Below the pieces are notes generated by a model, which did not search any database, was not told the origin of the DNA, and saw only the letters and a program-made list of their open reading frames with translations. The translations under genes and the position numbers were made by a program. Of a stretch of 64,000 nt of DNA, positions 26,255-34,730 are shown in pieces. This DNA is from an uncultured archaeon (GTDB taxonomy: Archaea; Iainarchaeota; Iainarchaeia; Iainarchaeales; GCA-2688035): positions 20,438 through 84,437 of the forward strand of contig CAZXIC010000003.1 in the NCBI GenBank assembly GCA_964640195.1, written 5' to 3'. The number at the start of each line of letters is the position of its first letter. Positions within the stretch are counted from its first letter, which is position 1.

Positions 26255-26359
26255 TGGGCCCGGGGAGAGTCGAACTCCCGACCTTCACCATGTCAAGGTG
26301 ACGTCATTAATGGACTCTCTTCACAAGCGAACAAGAGCTAACCACTAGACCACGGGCCC
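26255..26359 (-). tRNA. tRNA-Val(GAC) with a ~33-nt insertion in the D-loop
   Basis: Manual fold: acceptor GGGCCCG/CGGGCCC, anticodon arm TCACC-TTGACAT-GGTGA, T arm GGGAG-TTCGACT-CTCCC. There are 36 nt between AGTGG and GAC, where the paralogue at 28066 has 3. Confidence 0.7.
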
Positions 26360-26404
26360 AAAAAATGTTTTTTACTTTTAAGAATTTGTTGCAGGGGAAA
26401 GTAT

Positions 26405-27940
26405 TTAAGGTTTCTTTTTCTCCGTCAACCTTTCCAGCGCAATGCCCATCTCTTTTGCAAAGTTGCGTTCGAATGCGTCAAGCTCGGCAATCTTCTCATC
26501 AATTTTCTTAGTCCTCAAAATGATTTGCTGTTCGCTTGACGCAGCCGTTTCATTCATTTTTTTGATTGCGGCGTTGAATTTTTTCACATTGTATTGGATT
26601 GCCTTGATGAACTGCTGCTTGAACTGCTGCAATTGCTGCATCTGCTGGTTGAACTGCTCTGGCTTGAACTCCTTCTTCACTGCCTCCTGGAGCTTGTCGA
26701 GCGAGACAAGCCTCTCCCTTATCTGCTGCTCCAGGGCGGCTTTGCTTGTCTGGAATCCCTGCAGCTGGGCAATTGTTTCTTTATCCAACCCGGCTTTCTT
26801 CCCCTCAAGCCCTTTCTCGATTTTTGCAGCAACATCTCTTGCAAGCCCTTCCACAATCTCTGATTCAAGCTGCAGCGTCTTGTTGACCCTTTCATCTATG
26901 TCCTTGAGCTTCTTTTCCGCTTCGTCCAAAAGCTGCTGTACGTTGCTCTTTTCCTTAATCAGCGCTGCATTCATTTGAACGACCAACTGCTGCTGTGTTT
27001 TGCCAACTTCCTGCAGCTTTGCCGCCAGCGCCTCTTCCTGCACTTTCCTTCTCTGCTTCTCATTCCGCAGGCTTTCAATACTGTTCTCTATCTCCCTGCT
27101 CGTTTCCCTCATCTCCCTGAGCTTTGCCTCAATCATTCCAACAAAGGCCTTTGCCTTTGACTCAATTTCACTGTCAACCTTGCTTACCAACAGCGTCCTC
27201 TGGCTGTCAAACAAGACCCTTATTTTATCCAGCTCTCTTTTTGTGGCTGCTTGAACTTTCTTATCCAAAACCGCGTCAATATCCTGCCTCAGTTCCTTCA
27301 TTTCCCTCAAGCGGTTGTTGACTGCCGTGAGAATCCCTTTCTCCCACAGCTTGCTTAAATCAAGTGTCTCAATTTTTTTCTCACTCTTTTCTTCTGGAAC
27401 TGCCTTTGGCTTTTCTTTCCCGCGCTCAACAGCAGCTGGTTCCTTCTCCCCTTCACTCTTTGCGGCAGTCGGCAGCTTCTCTTCCCTCTTTGCGGCAGTC
27501 GGCAGCTTCTTTTCCCTCTCTCCAATTTCTCTTTTCCCTTTTTCCCCCCTTTCCACTTCTTCTCCGCTGTAACTGATTTCCCCCAACATTTCTTCGGTCT
27601 TGGCAGCCTCTTCCTTCTCCGGCTCCACAAACTCTTCTGCCAGCTCCTCTGTCATCGCCTCACTTTTTTTGGCAATTCTGGGCTTCGCTACTGCTTCACT
27701 CCTTTTTTTCTCCCGCGCCCTAAAAAACCTTTCAAATCTCCGCGACTTTTCTTTCTTCTCCCCTGGCTTGACAGGGGCTGGTTTTTTCCCAGCAGTTCTC
27801 TTGGCCTCTTTGATTAACATGAGCGCCTCTGGCTTGCTTACGCCGACGTCAGCCAAATTGGTCACTATTTCTTCCTTGCTTACATGCAGGGCAAACAGCT
27901 TCCTGATACTTTCAAGCAGAATCTGCTTTTTGCTCGACAT
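26405..27940 (-). CDS. 511-aa coiled-coil protein with a small N-terminal helical domain and an E/K-rich repeat region
   Basis: Heptad-like E/K/Q/L-rich sequence over about 350 aa. No enzymatic motif. Confidence 0.55.
   Translation of the reverse strand: MSSKKQILLESIRKLFALHVSKEEIVTNLADVGVSKPEALMLIKEAKRTAGKKPAPVKPGEKKEKSRRFERFFRAREKKRSEAVAKPRIAKKSEAMTEELAEEFVEPEKEEAAKTEEMLGEISYSGEEVERGEKGKREIGEREKKLPTAAKREEKLPTAAKSEGEKEPAAVERGKEKPKAVPEEKSEKKIETLDLSKLWEKGILTAVNNRLREMKELRQDIDAVLDKKVQAATKRELDKIRVLFDSQRTLLVSKVDSEIESKAKAFVGMIEAKLREMRETSREIENSIESLRNEKQRRKVQEEALAAKLQEVGKTQQQLVVQMNAALIKEKSNVQQLLDEAEKKLKDIDERVNKTLQLESEIVEGLARDVAAKIEKGLEGKKAGLDKETIAQLQGFQTSKAALEQQIRERLVSLDKLQEAVKKEFKPEQFNQQMQQLQQFKQQFIKAIQYNVKKFNAAIKKMNETAASSEQQIILRTKKIDEKIAELDAFERNFAKEMGIALERLTEKKKP
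27456..27510 (-). repeat. Two 25-nt identical repeats with a 30-nt period inside the coiled-coil gene
   Basis: ctctttgcggcagtcggcagcttct at 27456-27480 and 27486-27510. Encodes EKKLPTAAKR / EEKLPTAAKS. Confidence 0.8.
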
Positions 27941-28030
27941 TCAGGAAATAAAATAGTTTAAAGTGAATAAAAAGGTTATCTTGGTGTCAAGTAAAGTCCA
28001 AAAGGGCGAAAACGTTTCCGCTGCGGGTAG

Positions 28031-28039
28031 ATATTAAAA
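28031..28039 (+). promoter_or_regulatory. TATA-like box (atattaaaa) about 30 nt upstream of tRNA-Val(TAC)
   Basis: Position and sequence fit an archaeal TATA box. Confidence 0.4.
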
Positions 28040-28065
28040 TAGTTTTCTGCCCAAAAAATGGATAG

Positions 28066-28137
28066 GGGCTCGTGGTCTAGTGGCATGACATCACCCTTAC
28101 AAGGTGAGGGTCGCCGGTTCGATTCCGGCCGGGCCCA
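28066..28137 (+). tRNA. tRNA-Val(TAC)
   Basis: Manual cloverleaf: GGGCTCG...CGGGCCC-A, anticodon loop CTTACAA, T arm GCCGG-TTCGATT-CCGGC. Confidence 0.9.
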
Positions 28138-28172
28138 AAAAAAGCAGTAAAGAAAAAAACATTTGGAGACAA

Positions 28173-28317
28173 TGGACCCTGCGAGATTCGAACTCGCGAT
28201 TTCCACCACACTGGAGCCGCAACGTGTTTTTTATAAGCGAATAATTTTTTGCAGTGCTTTTTTTTAAAGGCTTGAAGGCTCTGCCAAGGTGGCGTCCTAC
28301 CGCTAGACTAAGGGCCC
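28173..28317 (-). tRNA. tRNA-Ala(GGC) with a 73-nt intron at the canonical 37/38 position
   Basis: Exons 28282-28317 and 28173-28208. G3:U70 Ala identity pair. Anticodon loop TTGGCA|intron. GAGCC/GGCTC helix flanks the splice sites (BHB-like). Confidence 0.8.
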
Positions 28318-28387
28318 TTAAATGAACTGTTTGTTGGGTAAGCAATAAAAAATGTGAAGGTTTGGCAAAATAGAAATAGAATTGCCT

Positions 28388-28606
28388 TCAGGAGCTGATG
28401 AATATTACGTTGTCGCCCCTCACCATCAGCTTGCCGTACTTTGTTTTAAGCTGCCCCTTGTCCAGCTCTTCCGCGTTTTCCATGACAAGATTCAGGTGCA
28501 CGTCAAACGCTTTGAGCGTTCCCCTGATAGTAACATCGCCCTTCAGAACCACAAGGATTTCCTTGCCTATTGCCTCGTTCAGCATGTCAAAAGGCCTGTT
28601 AGCCAT
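28388..28606 (-). CDS. Sm-like archaeal protein (SmAP/LSm)
   Basis: ILVVLKGDVTIRGTLKAFDVHLNLVMENAEE...MVRGDNVIFIS covers the Sm1/Sm2 motifs. Confidence 0.9.
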   Translation of the reverse strand: MANRPFDMLNEAIGKEILVVLKGDVTIRGTLKAFDVHLNLVMENAEELDKGQLKTKYGKLMVRGDNVIFISS

Positions 28607-28612
28607 TGTAAA

Positions 28613-29452
28613 TCACTCCTTTGCCTCTGTCTGCTTTTTTATTGCCCCTGCACCAGCTCTCTTTTTTCCTCTTTTAAATATCCCAAGCAATCTACTTAAA
28701 AAGCCTTCCCCAGATGGCTTTGCAGAAGGCACAACTGGCTTGACGCCTGCAATTCTTGCCGCGATTTTTCTCATGGCAACAGCAGCGGGGCTGTTGGGCT
28801 TTCTCAGCATCACTGGCTGCGCCTTCTCCTGCATGAAGCTCTTCCTCACCTCTGGGTCGTATGGAATCGCACCGTAAACAGGCAGCTCCAACATCTTCAT
28901 TATGTCATCGTTGCTGATTTCGCCCTTTTCGTCCATCTTGAAGTTCACGACAACGCCGATTGGGCTGCTGCCCAAGCGTTGTGCAACCAGCTTTGTTTTC
29001 AGCACATCTGCAATGCTCGGCGAGTTCGCCATTGTAATAAGCAGGATTTCATCAGCGGCAGCAAGCGAAGCCATGACATTTTTCTCAATGCCTGCCGGCG
29101 CGTCCAACAAAACGAAATCATAGCTGGGGGCAACCTCTCTTACAACTGCCTCAAGCCTCTCGCTGTCCACCCTTCTGTAGGACTCCAGGCTGAGCCCGCT
29201 TGGGATAAAGCTGACACCGGCAGGGCCGTCGTAGATTGCGTCGTCTATGCTGCTCTCGCCAAGCAACACATCGTGCAGGGTCAGGGGGCTGCTCTGCATC
29301 GCAAGCAATAAGCTGAGGTTTGCCATTGCTATGTCAGCGTCAACCAGCAGCACTCTTTGACCTGCCTGGCTTAAGGCAATGCCGAGGTTTGCTGTAAGCG
29401 TTGTCTTGCCAACGCCGCCTTTTCCAGAGGCGATTGTGATTATTTTTCCCAT
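28613..29452 (-). CDS. minD: MinD/ParA-family ATPase with a C-terminal amphipathic helix
   Basis: ITIASGKGGVGKTTLTANL (deviant Walker A), LLVDAD. C-terminal GFLSRLLGIFKRGKK resembles a membrane-targeting sequence. Start at the ATG at 29452. Confidence 0.85.
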   Translation of the reverse strand: MGKIITIASGKGGVGKTTLTANLGIALSQAGQRVLLVDADIAMANLSLLLAMQSSPLTLHDVLLGESSIDDAIYDGPAGVSFIPSGLSLESYRRVDSERLEAVVREVAPSYDFVLLDAPAGIEKNVMASLAAADEILLITMANSPSIADVLKTKLVAQRLGSSPIGVVVNFKMDEKGEISNDDIMKMLELPVYGAIPYDPEVRKSFMQEKAQPVMLRKPNSPAAVAMRKIAARIAGVKPVVPSAKPSGEGFLSRLLGIFKRGKKRAGAGAIKKQTEAKE

Positions 29453-29547
29453 CCTACTACGCCTTTTTTCAGGTAATCGCTTTGCCCTCAACTACTTAAT
29501 ATCTGGTCCTTTGTTTAAAAATCTTTTCTAATAACGGCAGAAAGCAG

Positions 29548-30009
29548 CTAAAGCTGCAACCGCTTCGCCAACGCCACTTCCGTGTCCCTTGCGATTGCCC
29601 TCAGCTCAACTGTTGAGAGGCTGCTGTTCGCATTTACAACAAAAATCTTCCCATTTGAGGGAAGCAGCATGCTCCATTCCCTGCTGTGCTTTACCGCGAC
29701 GGCATCCGGCTTTGAAGCCGATGTGTTTAAAAACCTGAAAAGCGATGCGGCTGCCTCGGCTTCGGCTGCCCCATTGCCACTGCTGCTGAAAACAATGTTG
29801 CTGTTTGGCTTCAGCACTGTAATGCCGTTGACCAGGTGCTTCCTTGCCAGGGCATTTAACAGCTTTCTCGCATCCTTGCTGTCCAGTTCAATCCTCTGGG
29901 CTTTCAGCATGTCCTGTACAACGCGCAGCTGCTCGTAAGGCACAACCGTGTCATCAACCGCGATAATCTTCGCTGCAAACCGCACAAAGAGAGCTGACAG
30001 GGCATTCAT
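29548..30009 (-). CDS. Roadblock/LC7-like protein (tentative)
   Basis: LVNGITVLKPNSNIVFSSSGNG...AEAAASLFRFL...KIFVVNANS fits the Roadblock alpha-beta pattern. Weak. Confidence 0.35.
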   Translation of the reverse strand: MNALSALFVRFAAKIIAVDDTVVPYEQLRVVQDMLKAQRIELDSKDARKLLNALARKHLVNGITVLKPNSNIVFSSSGNGAAEAEAAASLFRFLNTSASKPDAVAVKHSREWSMLLPSNGKIFVVNANSSLSTVELRAIARDTEVALAKRLQL

Positions 30010-30020
30010 TGCACTACACC

Positions 30021-30515
30021 TTAGATTGAGCCCAAACCAAACCGCTTTAAAACGTTTTCCTTTGATTCGGCTTCCGGCAGCCAGTCCTTAAGCTTTCGCA
30101 AGGTTGCATCAGGGTGGTAGGAAGAGGGCAGCAGCTTTGCAAAAACATCCTTGTTAACCGGCTTTCTCAATTCCAGCTTGTCGTTGAATGCCACAATCAA
30201 GTCAATTTGCTGTATGGTCAAGGCATTTACGTCAAAAACCCCTTTCTCAGCCCTCAACAAATTCAGCCCAAGCTGCAGTGCTTCAAGCCCGTAGAATATT
30301 TTGCTGGAGCGCCCTGCTTCAAAAATAGCCCCTGTTATTTCCTTGCCCCTGATGAGAAACAGCGCTTCCTCGATGCCTGTTGGGCCCTCAATCGTCGCAA
30401 CAACGTAGCCGTTGAATCCGGCTTTCAGCAACGCCATGACCATTTCATACGGGGCTGTTTCCTCAAAAGACTGCCTCTTCTCCACAACTTTCCCGACAGG
30501 AATGTTCACGGTCAA
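30021..30515 (-). CDS. DUF4388/PATAN-like domain protein (tentative)
   Basis: GFNGYVVATIEGPTGIEEALFLIRGKEITGAIFEA...FYGLEALQLGLNLLRAEKGVFDV matches the DUF4388 pattern (G.l.....g...l.f..G.i..A......G.eAl......G.F). Confidence 0.35.
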   Translation of the reverse strand: MTVNIPVGKVVEKRQSFEETAPYEMVMALLKAGFNGYVVATIEGPTGIEEALFLIRGKEITGAIFEAGRSSKIFYGLEALQLGLNLLRAEKGVFDVNALTIQQIDLIVAFNDKLELRKPVNKDVFAKLLPSSYHPDATLRKLKDWLPEAESKENVLKRFGLGSI

Positions 30516-31030
30516 GCACCCAAAACGATTACGATATCTGCGGTGTTCTTTAGGGCGGCTGCGCTTGCCTCCTCCGCAAGGACAACGATTGTTTCTTTGC
30601 CCCTCTTCTTCGCTTTTATCAGAGCAGGCAGGAAATCGCTGTCCCTGGTGACAAACGCGATGGCGTGGATGCCCTTGTTGAATGCCGCTTCCGTTGCGTC
30701 AACAGCCATCGCAACATCAATGTCACCTACCGCTATCACCGATTCAAAGCCCTGGTTTACAACGGCTTCCACCAACTTGTTTGTTGCAAACTGGTTCAAA
30801 AAAACCTTCGCTATCCGCAGGTTGCCATGCTTTTCCAAAACCTGCTTGATTTTACGCATGTCAATGCCCAGCTCCTTCCTCAAAATGTTCGGGCCGTCGA
30901 CAAAAACCGCAATATTTTTGCGCTTCCTCTTTTTTATTACCTTCCCAATGCTTTCGCTGACTGTTGCAAGCACTGACGGCCTCCGCCTTGCTCTGCCATC
31001 TGGATGCTTTTTCCTCTTGCCTAAAACCAT
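30512..31030 (-). CDS. NYN-domain (LabA/DUF88-like) protein
   Basis: IAVFVDGPNI...DIDVAMAVDA...IAFVTRDSDFLPALIKAKKRGKETIVV. Confidence 0.8.
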   Translation of the reverse strand: MVLGKRKKHPDGRARRRPSVLATVSESIGKVIKKRKRKNIAVFVDGPNILRKELGIDMRKIKQVLEKHGNLRIAKVFLNQFATNKLVEAVVNQGFESVIAVGDIDVAMAVDATEAAFNKGIHAIAFVTRDSDFLPALIKAKKRGKETIVVLAEEASAAALKNTADIVIVLGA

Positions 31031-31231
31031 AGGGGGGCACCACAGGGCGCTTTACATAACTGTTTGTTGGGCGATTGGATTATCCATGAAAAGTTATTTA
31101 AAAAGTTGTTTAAGCCCTTTTTTGCAAAAAACGGCGGAAAAGTTTTTTTGCCCTGGGAGCGAACGTAGGATTTCAAACCCCTTTTTTGTGCAGAACTAGG
31201 TTTTTGTGCACAGCCCCCAGGAGCGAAAAGT

Positions 31232-31240
31232 TATTTAAAT
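31232..31240 (+). promoter_or_regulatory. TATA-like box (tatttaaat) upstream of aIF5A
   Basis: Lies about 35 nt upstream of the ATG at 31272. Confidence 0.35.
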
Positions 31241-31271
31241 CCAAATGAGTTAATTAATTCTGGCGTTTTTT

Positions 31272-31673
31272 ATGGCTGCAGGGGAGAAGAAATTCGCTTC
31301 GGTCGGCTCGCTGAAGCCCGGCGCTTATGTCCTGATAGATGAGAGCGTTTGCCAGGTGAAGAGCGCGGAGAAAAGCAAGCCCGGAAAGCACGGCTCGGCG
31401 AAAGCAAGAATCGTTGCATTTGATGTTTTTACCGGGGCGAAGAAAGGGCTGCTGAAGCCGACCAGCGCGGAAGCGGAAGTGCCGATAATCGTCAGGGGCG
31501 CAGCGCAGGTTGTTGCCGTAATGGGCGACGTGGTGCAGATAATGGACCTGCAGAGCTACGAAACATATGATGTCAAGAAGCCGGCTGAGATAAGCGGCCT
31601 TGCCTCCGGCGTTGAAGTTGAATACATCAGGTGGGGCGACAGCGTAAAGATAGTGAGGAAAAAGGGGAGCTAA
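31272..31673 (+). CDS. eif5a: Translation initiation factor 5A
   Basis: Hypusination loop SKPGKHGSAKARIVAFDVFTG. Confidence 0.9.
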   Translation: MAAGEKKFASVGSLKPGAYVLIDESVCQVKSAEKSKPGKHGSAKARIVAFDVFTGAKKGLLKPTSAEAEVPIIVRGAAQVVAVMGDVVQIMDLQSYETYDVKKPAEISGLASGVEVEYIRWGDSVKIVRKKGS

Positions 31674-31689
31674 GGCTCTTTTTCTTCGT

Positions 31690-32523
31690 TCACAGGCAGG
31701 TTCCGATGCCAAGCGTCAGCAAATCCCTCAGCCCGGTTGCAAACCCGAGGATTGCCACAACTGTTTTTGCAAACCCAGCCAGGTTCTCCCTCCTTATCTC
31801 CCTGTCAATGTAGTAGATTATCACCAAAACCAGGGCGATTTTCATAAACACGAAGGACAGGGGGAACAGCTCAAGGAAGAAACCGCTCAATGGATGCTGC
31901 TCCCCGCACCTGAAGAACTGCGTGGCAACAAACGTTGCGCTGCCGTCAAGCGCCTGCGAGGCAACAACCATGATGTTGAAGCCGCCCCGCAGCAGCACCA
32001 GGTTCAGTTTCCTGAAGACAAAAACCAATGCGCCGACAACCGCAGCTGCCATTGCAATTGCAGCAGAAAAGCCGAGCCATTCCTGGAACAGCAGCACCTC
32101 AAACGCAGCTAGAGGCAGGGCAAGGATTAAGCCAACGGCTGCAAAAATTTTGATGGAATCCCAGCCGAACCTTTTTGAAAGGGAAAGGGAAACAAAAAGG
32201 CAGAAAACCGTTACTGCAGCAATCAGCAGGTAGATTCCAGGCGTTACAAAATAATAAGCCGGCTCAAGGGGATTCCATGACCTTGGAAGGATGCCAGTGT
32301 CCTCAAGCACCCTCAAAGCAGAGCCGAGCAGGATGTACGGCAGCAGGGAAAGCATGAAGCGCGCGTTGAACCTGATGCCCTTTCTGTCAAGAAGGGGGTA
32401 GATTACAAAGAATGCAAGCGCCAGCATTATTGCCCCGTACACAGCGTACTCAATAGGGCTGTAGATGCCCCTTTCAGCAATCCTCCTTGCGAAGAAATCG
32501 TACAAAATCTGCCCAACATCCAT
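31690..32523 (-). CDS. DUF63-like polytopic membrane protein
   Basis: N-terminal IYSPIEYAVYGAIMLALAFFVIYPLL and about 7 TM helices resemble archaeal DUF63. Confidence 0.5.
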   Translation of the reverse strand: MDVGQILYDFFARRIAERGIYSPIEYAVYGAIMLALAFFVIYPLLDRKGIRFNARFMLSLLPYILLGSALRVLEDTGILPRSWNPLEPAYYFVTPGIYLLIAAVTVFCLFVSLSLSKRFGWDSIKIFAAVGLILALPLAAFEVLLFQEWLGFSAAIAMAAAVVGALVFVFRKLNLVLLRGGFNIMVVASQALDGSATFVATQFFRCGEQHPLSGFFLELFPLSFVFMKIALVLVIIYYIDREIRRENLAGFAKTVVAILGFATGLRDLLTLGIGTCL

Positions 32524-32564
32524 TGCAGAGAATTTTTAACTACTTAATTCTTTTATAATATTGC

Positions 32565-33428
32565 ATGCGGACAGAACAGCAGCCCCGGAACCTGAGGGAA
32601 GCGCTCAAAGGAAAGCTTTCAAAGCGGGAAATGCAGCACTTGATTTCTTCCTTTGACAGCGTTGGAGACATTGCCGTAATACAGGTGCCGAAAGAGCTTG
32701 AGCGCAAGGCAAAGGTGATTGGCACTGCGCTGCTTTCAGTGAATAAGCATTTCAAAACAGTTTGTATGGTCACCGCAAAGCACGGCGGGAAATATCGGGT
32801 GCAGCCGGTAAAGGTTATTGCAGGAAAGAAAAACAAGGTTGCTACTTACAGGGAGAGCGGCTGCGTTTTCAGGGTTGATTTGGGAAAGGTTTTTTTCAGC
32901 CCACGGCTTGCCACAGAGAGGCTGAGGATTGCGCGCATGATAAAGCCGGGCGAGGTTATCGCAGTGCTGTTCGCGGGCGTTGGCCCCTTTGCAATAGTTT
33001 TTGCAAAGCATTCCGCAGCGCAGAAAATTTTTGCAGTAGAGCTTAATCCGCATGCGGTAAAGCAGATGAAAGAGAATATTGTATTGAACAAGGTGCAGGG
33101 GAAGATTGAGGCGGTAAAGGGAGATGTGCGGAGGGTTGTGCCTGAGATGCTTGCGAGAAAATGCGACAGGGTTGCAATGCCGCTTCCTGAAGGCGGGGAA
33201 AGCTTTCTGGGCAGTGCGCTGGAAGCGCTGAAGCCAAGCGGCGGGACAGTGCACTTTTACAGGTTTGTAGAAAAGGCTGAACCGGAAAAGCCGCTTTTGG
33301 AGACAAAAGCGGCTGCGGAAAAAGCAGGTATGCGGGCAAAAACCCTTTTCAAGAAGAGGGTGAGGAGTTTCAGCGCAAGCAAGGAACAGGTTGTGGTTGA
33401 TTTTTTCGCGAAAAAGAAAGCGCACTGA
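32565..33428 (+). CDS. trm5: tRNA (m1G37) methyltransferase Trm5/Taw22 family
   Basis: Met-10+ like: FDSVGDIAVIQ, FSPRLATER and the SAM motif VIAVLFAGVGPFAIVFAK. Confidence 0.8.
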   Translation: MRTEQQPRNLREALKGKLSKREMQHLISSFDSVGDIAVIQVPKELERKAKVIGTALLSVNKHFKTVCMVTAKHGGKYRVQPVKVIAGKKNKVATYRESGCVFRVDLGKVFFSPRLATERLRIARMIKPGEVIAVLFAGVGPFAIVFAKHSAAQKIFAVELNPHAVKQMKENIVLNKVQGKIEAVKGDVRRVVPEMLARKCDRVAMPLPEGGESFLGSALEALKPSGGTVHFYRFVEKAEPEKPLLETKAAAEKAGMRAKTLFKKRVRSFSASKEQVVVDFFAKKKAH

Positions 33429-33463
33429 TTTTGTTTGGGATTGGCAGCCTGGCAATTGGCTGT

Positions 33464-33871
33464 TTAGCCAGGGCTTATTGTTACCAGTTTCGTTTGCTTC
33501 ACGCCCCTCAATGCCTGCAGTTTTGACGCGAGCGCATTGATTTTTCCTGCATCAGCCTTCACGATTAACACTTCCAGGCAGTTCTCTTCATCCAGATGCA
33601 GGTGCGTGTTGGAGTTTATCAAGTCGTGGAAATGATGCTGCACCTCAATTATCTTTTCCGTGACGCCCCTCACGGTGTGGTCATAAAGGATTGTTATTAC
33701 CCCAAAGCCGGCTTCTTTCTCTTCACTCCATTTGTAGTCCATGATATAGCTTCTTATTGCATCGCCAATTGCCTTTGACCTGCTGGCATAGGCTTTCTTT
33801 GCGATTAGCCTGTCGAATTCTGCCAGCAGCTGGGCTGAGAGGGAAACACTGAACCTTGTAACTTTATTCAT
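33464..33871 (-). CDS. nikR: Nickel-responsive regulator NikR
   Basis: RHH N-terminus (TRFSVSLSAQLLAEFDRLI) and a C-terminal metal-binding domain (HDHTVRG...VQHHFHDLINSNTHLHLDE). Confidence 0.85.
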   Translation of the reverse strand: MNKVTRFSVSLSAQLLAEFDRLIAKKAYASRSKAIGDAIRSYIMDYKWSEEKEAGFGVITILYDHTVRGVTEKIIEVQHHFHDLINSNTHLHLDEENCLEVLIVKADAGKINALASKLQALRGVKQTKLVTISPG

Positions 33872-33982
33872 CTTATGGCCCCCTCAAGAAGTATTATCAA
33901 GCAATGCTTAAAGTGTTACGAAAATAGTATTTTTATTACTATTGCTTTTTTTATAATGTAAAAAACAGCACGGGGCGAGAGC

Positions 33983-34321
33983 ATGGCTTGTTTTTTGGCA
34001 CCAGCCGCAGTCGGGATAATTACAACAATTCTAAGAAAGAGATTCCCGAAGCAATGGCATGTCAACTGGCTGAACACAATGATTTTTGGCGGGGCAGCAG
34101 CATTGGCTGCAGAGCACGTCGCGCACCAGGAAATTGTTCCCTGGCCGCCATTTTTGACTGCAATGAGCAATCCGGCAGATGCTGCAGCAATGCTGGGGGA
34201 GATGGCTGCAGTGGGAATACCGATGGCGATTGCACTGATTTTAGCCTGGATTGCAATAGTTGCCGTATATGAAAAGGCAATAGCGGCAAGAACTGCGCCA
34301 ATGAGCACGCTTGGGGCGTGA
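33983..34321 (+). CDS. Small 3-TM membrane protein (paralogue of the next ORF)
   Basis: Shares the EHVAH / AAMLGEMAAVGIPMAIALILAWIAIVAVYEK pattern with 34311..34667. Confidence 0.4.
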   Translation: MACFLAPAAVGIITTILRKRFPKQWHVNWLNTMIFGGAAALAAEHVAHQEIVPWPPFLTAMSNPADAAAMLGEMAAVGIPMAIALILAWIAIVAVYEKAIAARTAPMSTLGA

Positions 34322-34667
34322 ATGGAGGGCAAGCGAGGCAATGGGAATGTGGCTTATTACAACTCTTATTGCGGCGGCTGCAGCGACTTTAGCATTCTTC
34401 CTGGTAAAGAACAAAAAGTATAAACTTGAACTCTTGGCATTAATGCTCTGGGGAACTTTCATAATGATTCTGGTTGACCATACAATCGCCTTCATCAGTG
34501 AAGGCGGGGAATTCATTGAGGTTACAACTGACGGGCTTATCCCAAGCGCTGCAATGCTTGGAATTGCAATGCTCGCGCCAATAGCCGCAATTTGGGCATT
34601 TGCAGTTTATGCAAGTTCAGGAAAGGCAATCCACAAGGGACAGATGTCTTCGGATTTAAGGCAATAA
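34311..34667 (+). CDS. Small 3-TM membrane protein (paralogue of the previous ORF)
   Basis: DHTIAF / AAMLGIAMLAPIAAIWAFAVYASSGK. The likelier start is the ATG at 34341. Confidence 0.4.
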   Translation: MGREWRASEAMGMWLITTLIAAAAATLAFFLVKNKKYKLELLALMLWGTFIMILVDHTIAFISEGGEFIEVTTDGLIPSAAMLGIAMLAPIAAIWAFAVYASSGKAIHKGQMSSDLRQ

Positions 34668-34730
34668 TCGGGGTTTACTGCCCATACAATAGCAGATGGT
34701 GTTAAAAAAAGTTCCAAGGAAGTTTTTCTC

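Noticed and set aside
28325-28338. 14-nt exact repeat aactgtttgttggg, also at 31058-31071, both upstream of minus-strand starts
   Set aside because: About N^2/4^14, on the order of ten exact 14-mer coincidences, is expected by chance in 64 kb counting both strands. The distances to the downstream starts differ (8 nt versus about 30 nt), so there is no solid support for a shared element.
30114-31199. 361-aa plus-strand ORF
   Set aside because: It is antisense to the DUF4388-like and NYN genes of a tightly packed minus-strand operon. No motifs and a shadow-ORF composition.
32736-33455. 239-aa minus-strand ORF
   Set aside because: It is antisense to the Trm5-family methyltransferase. No recognisable motif.
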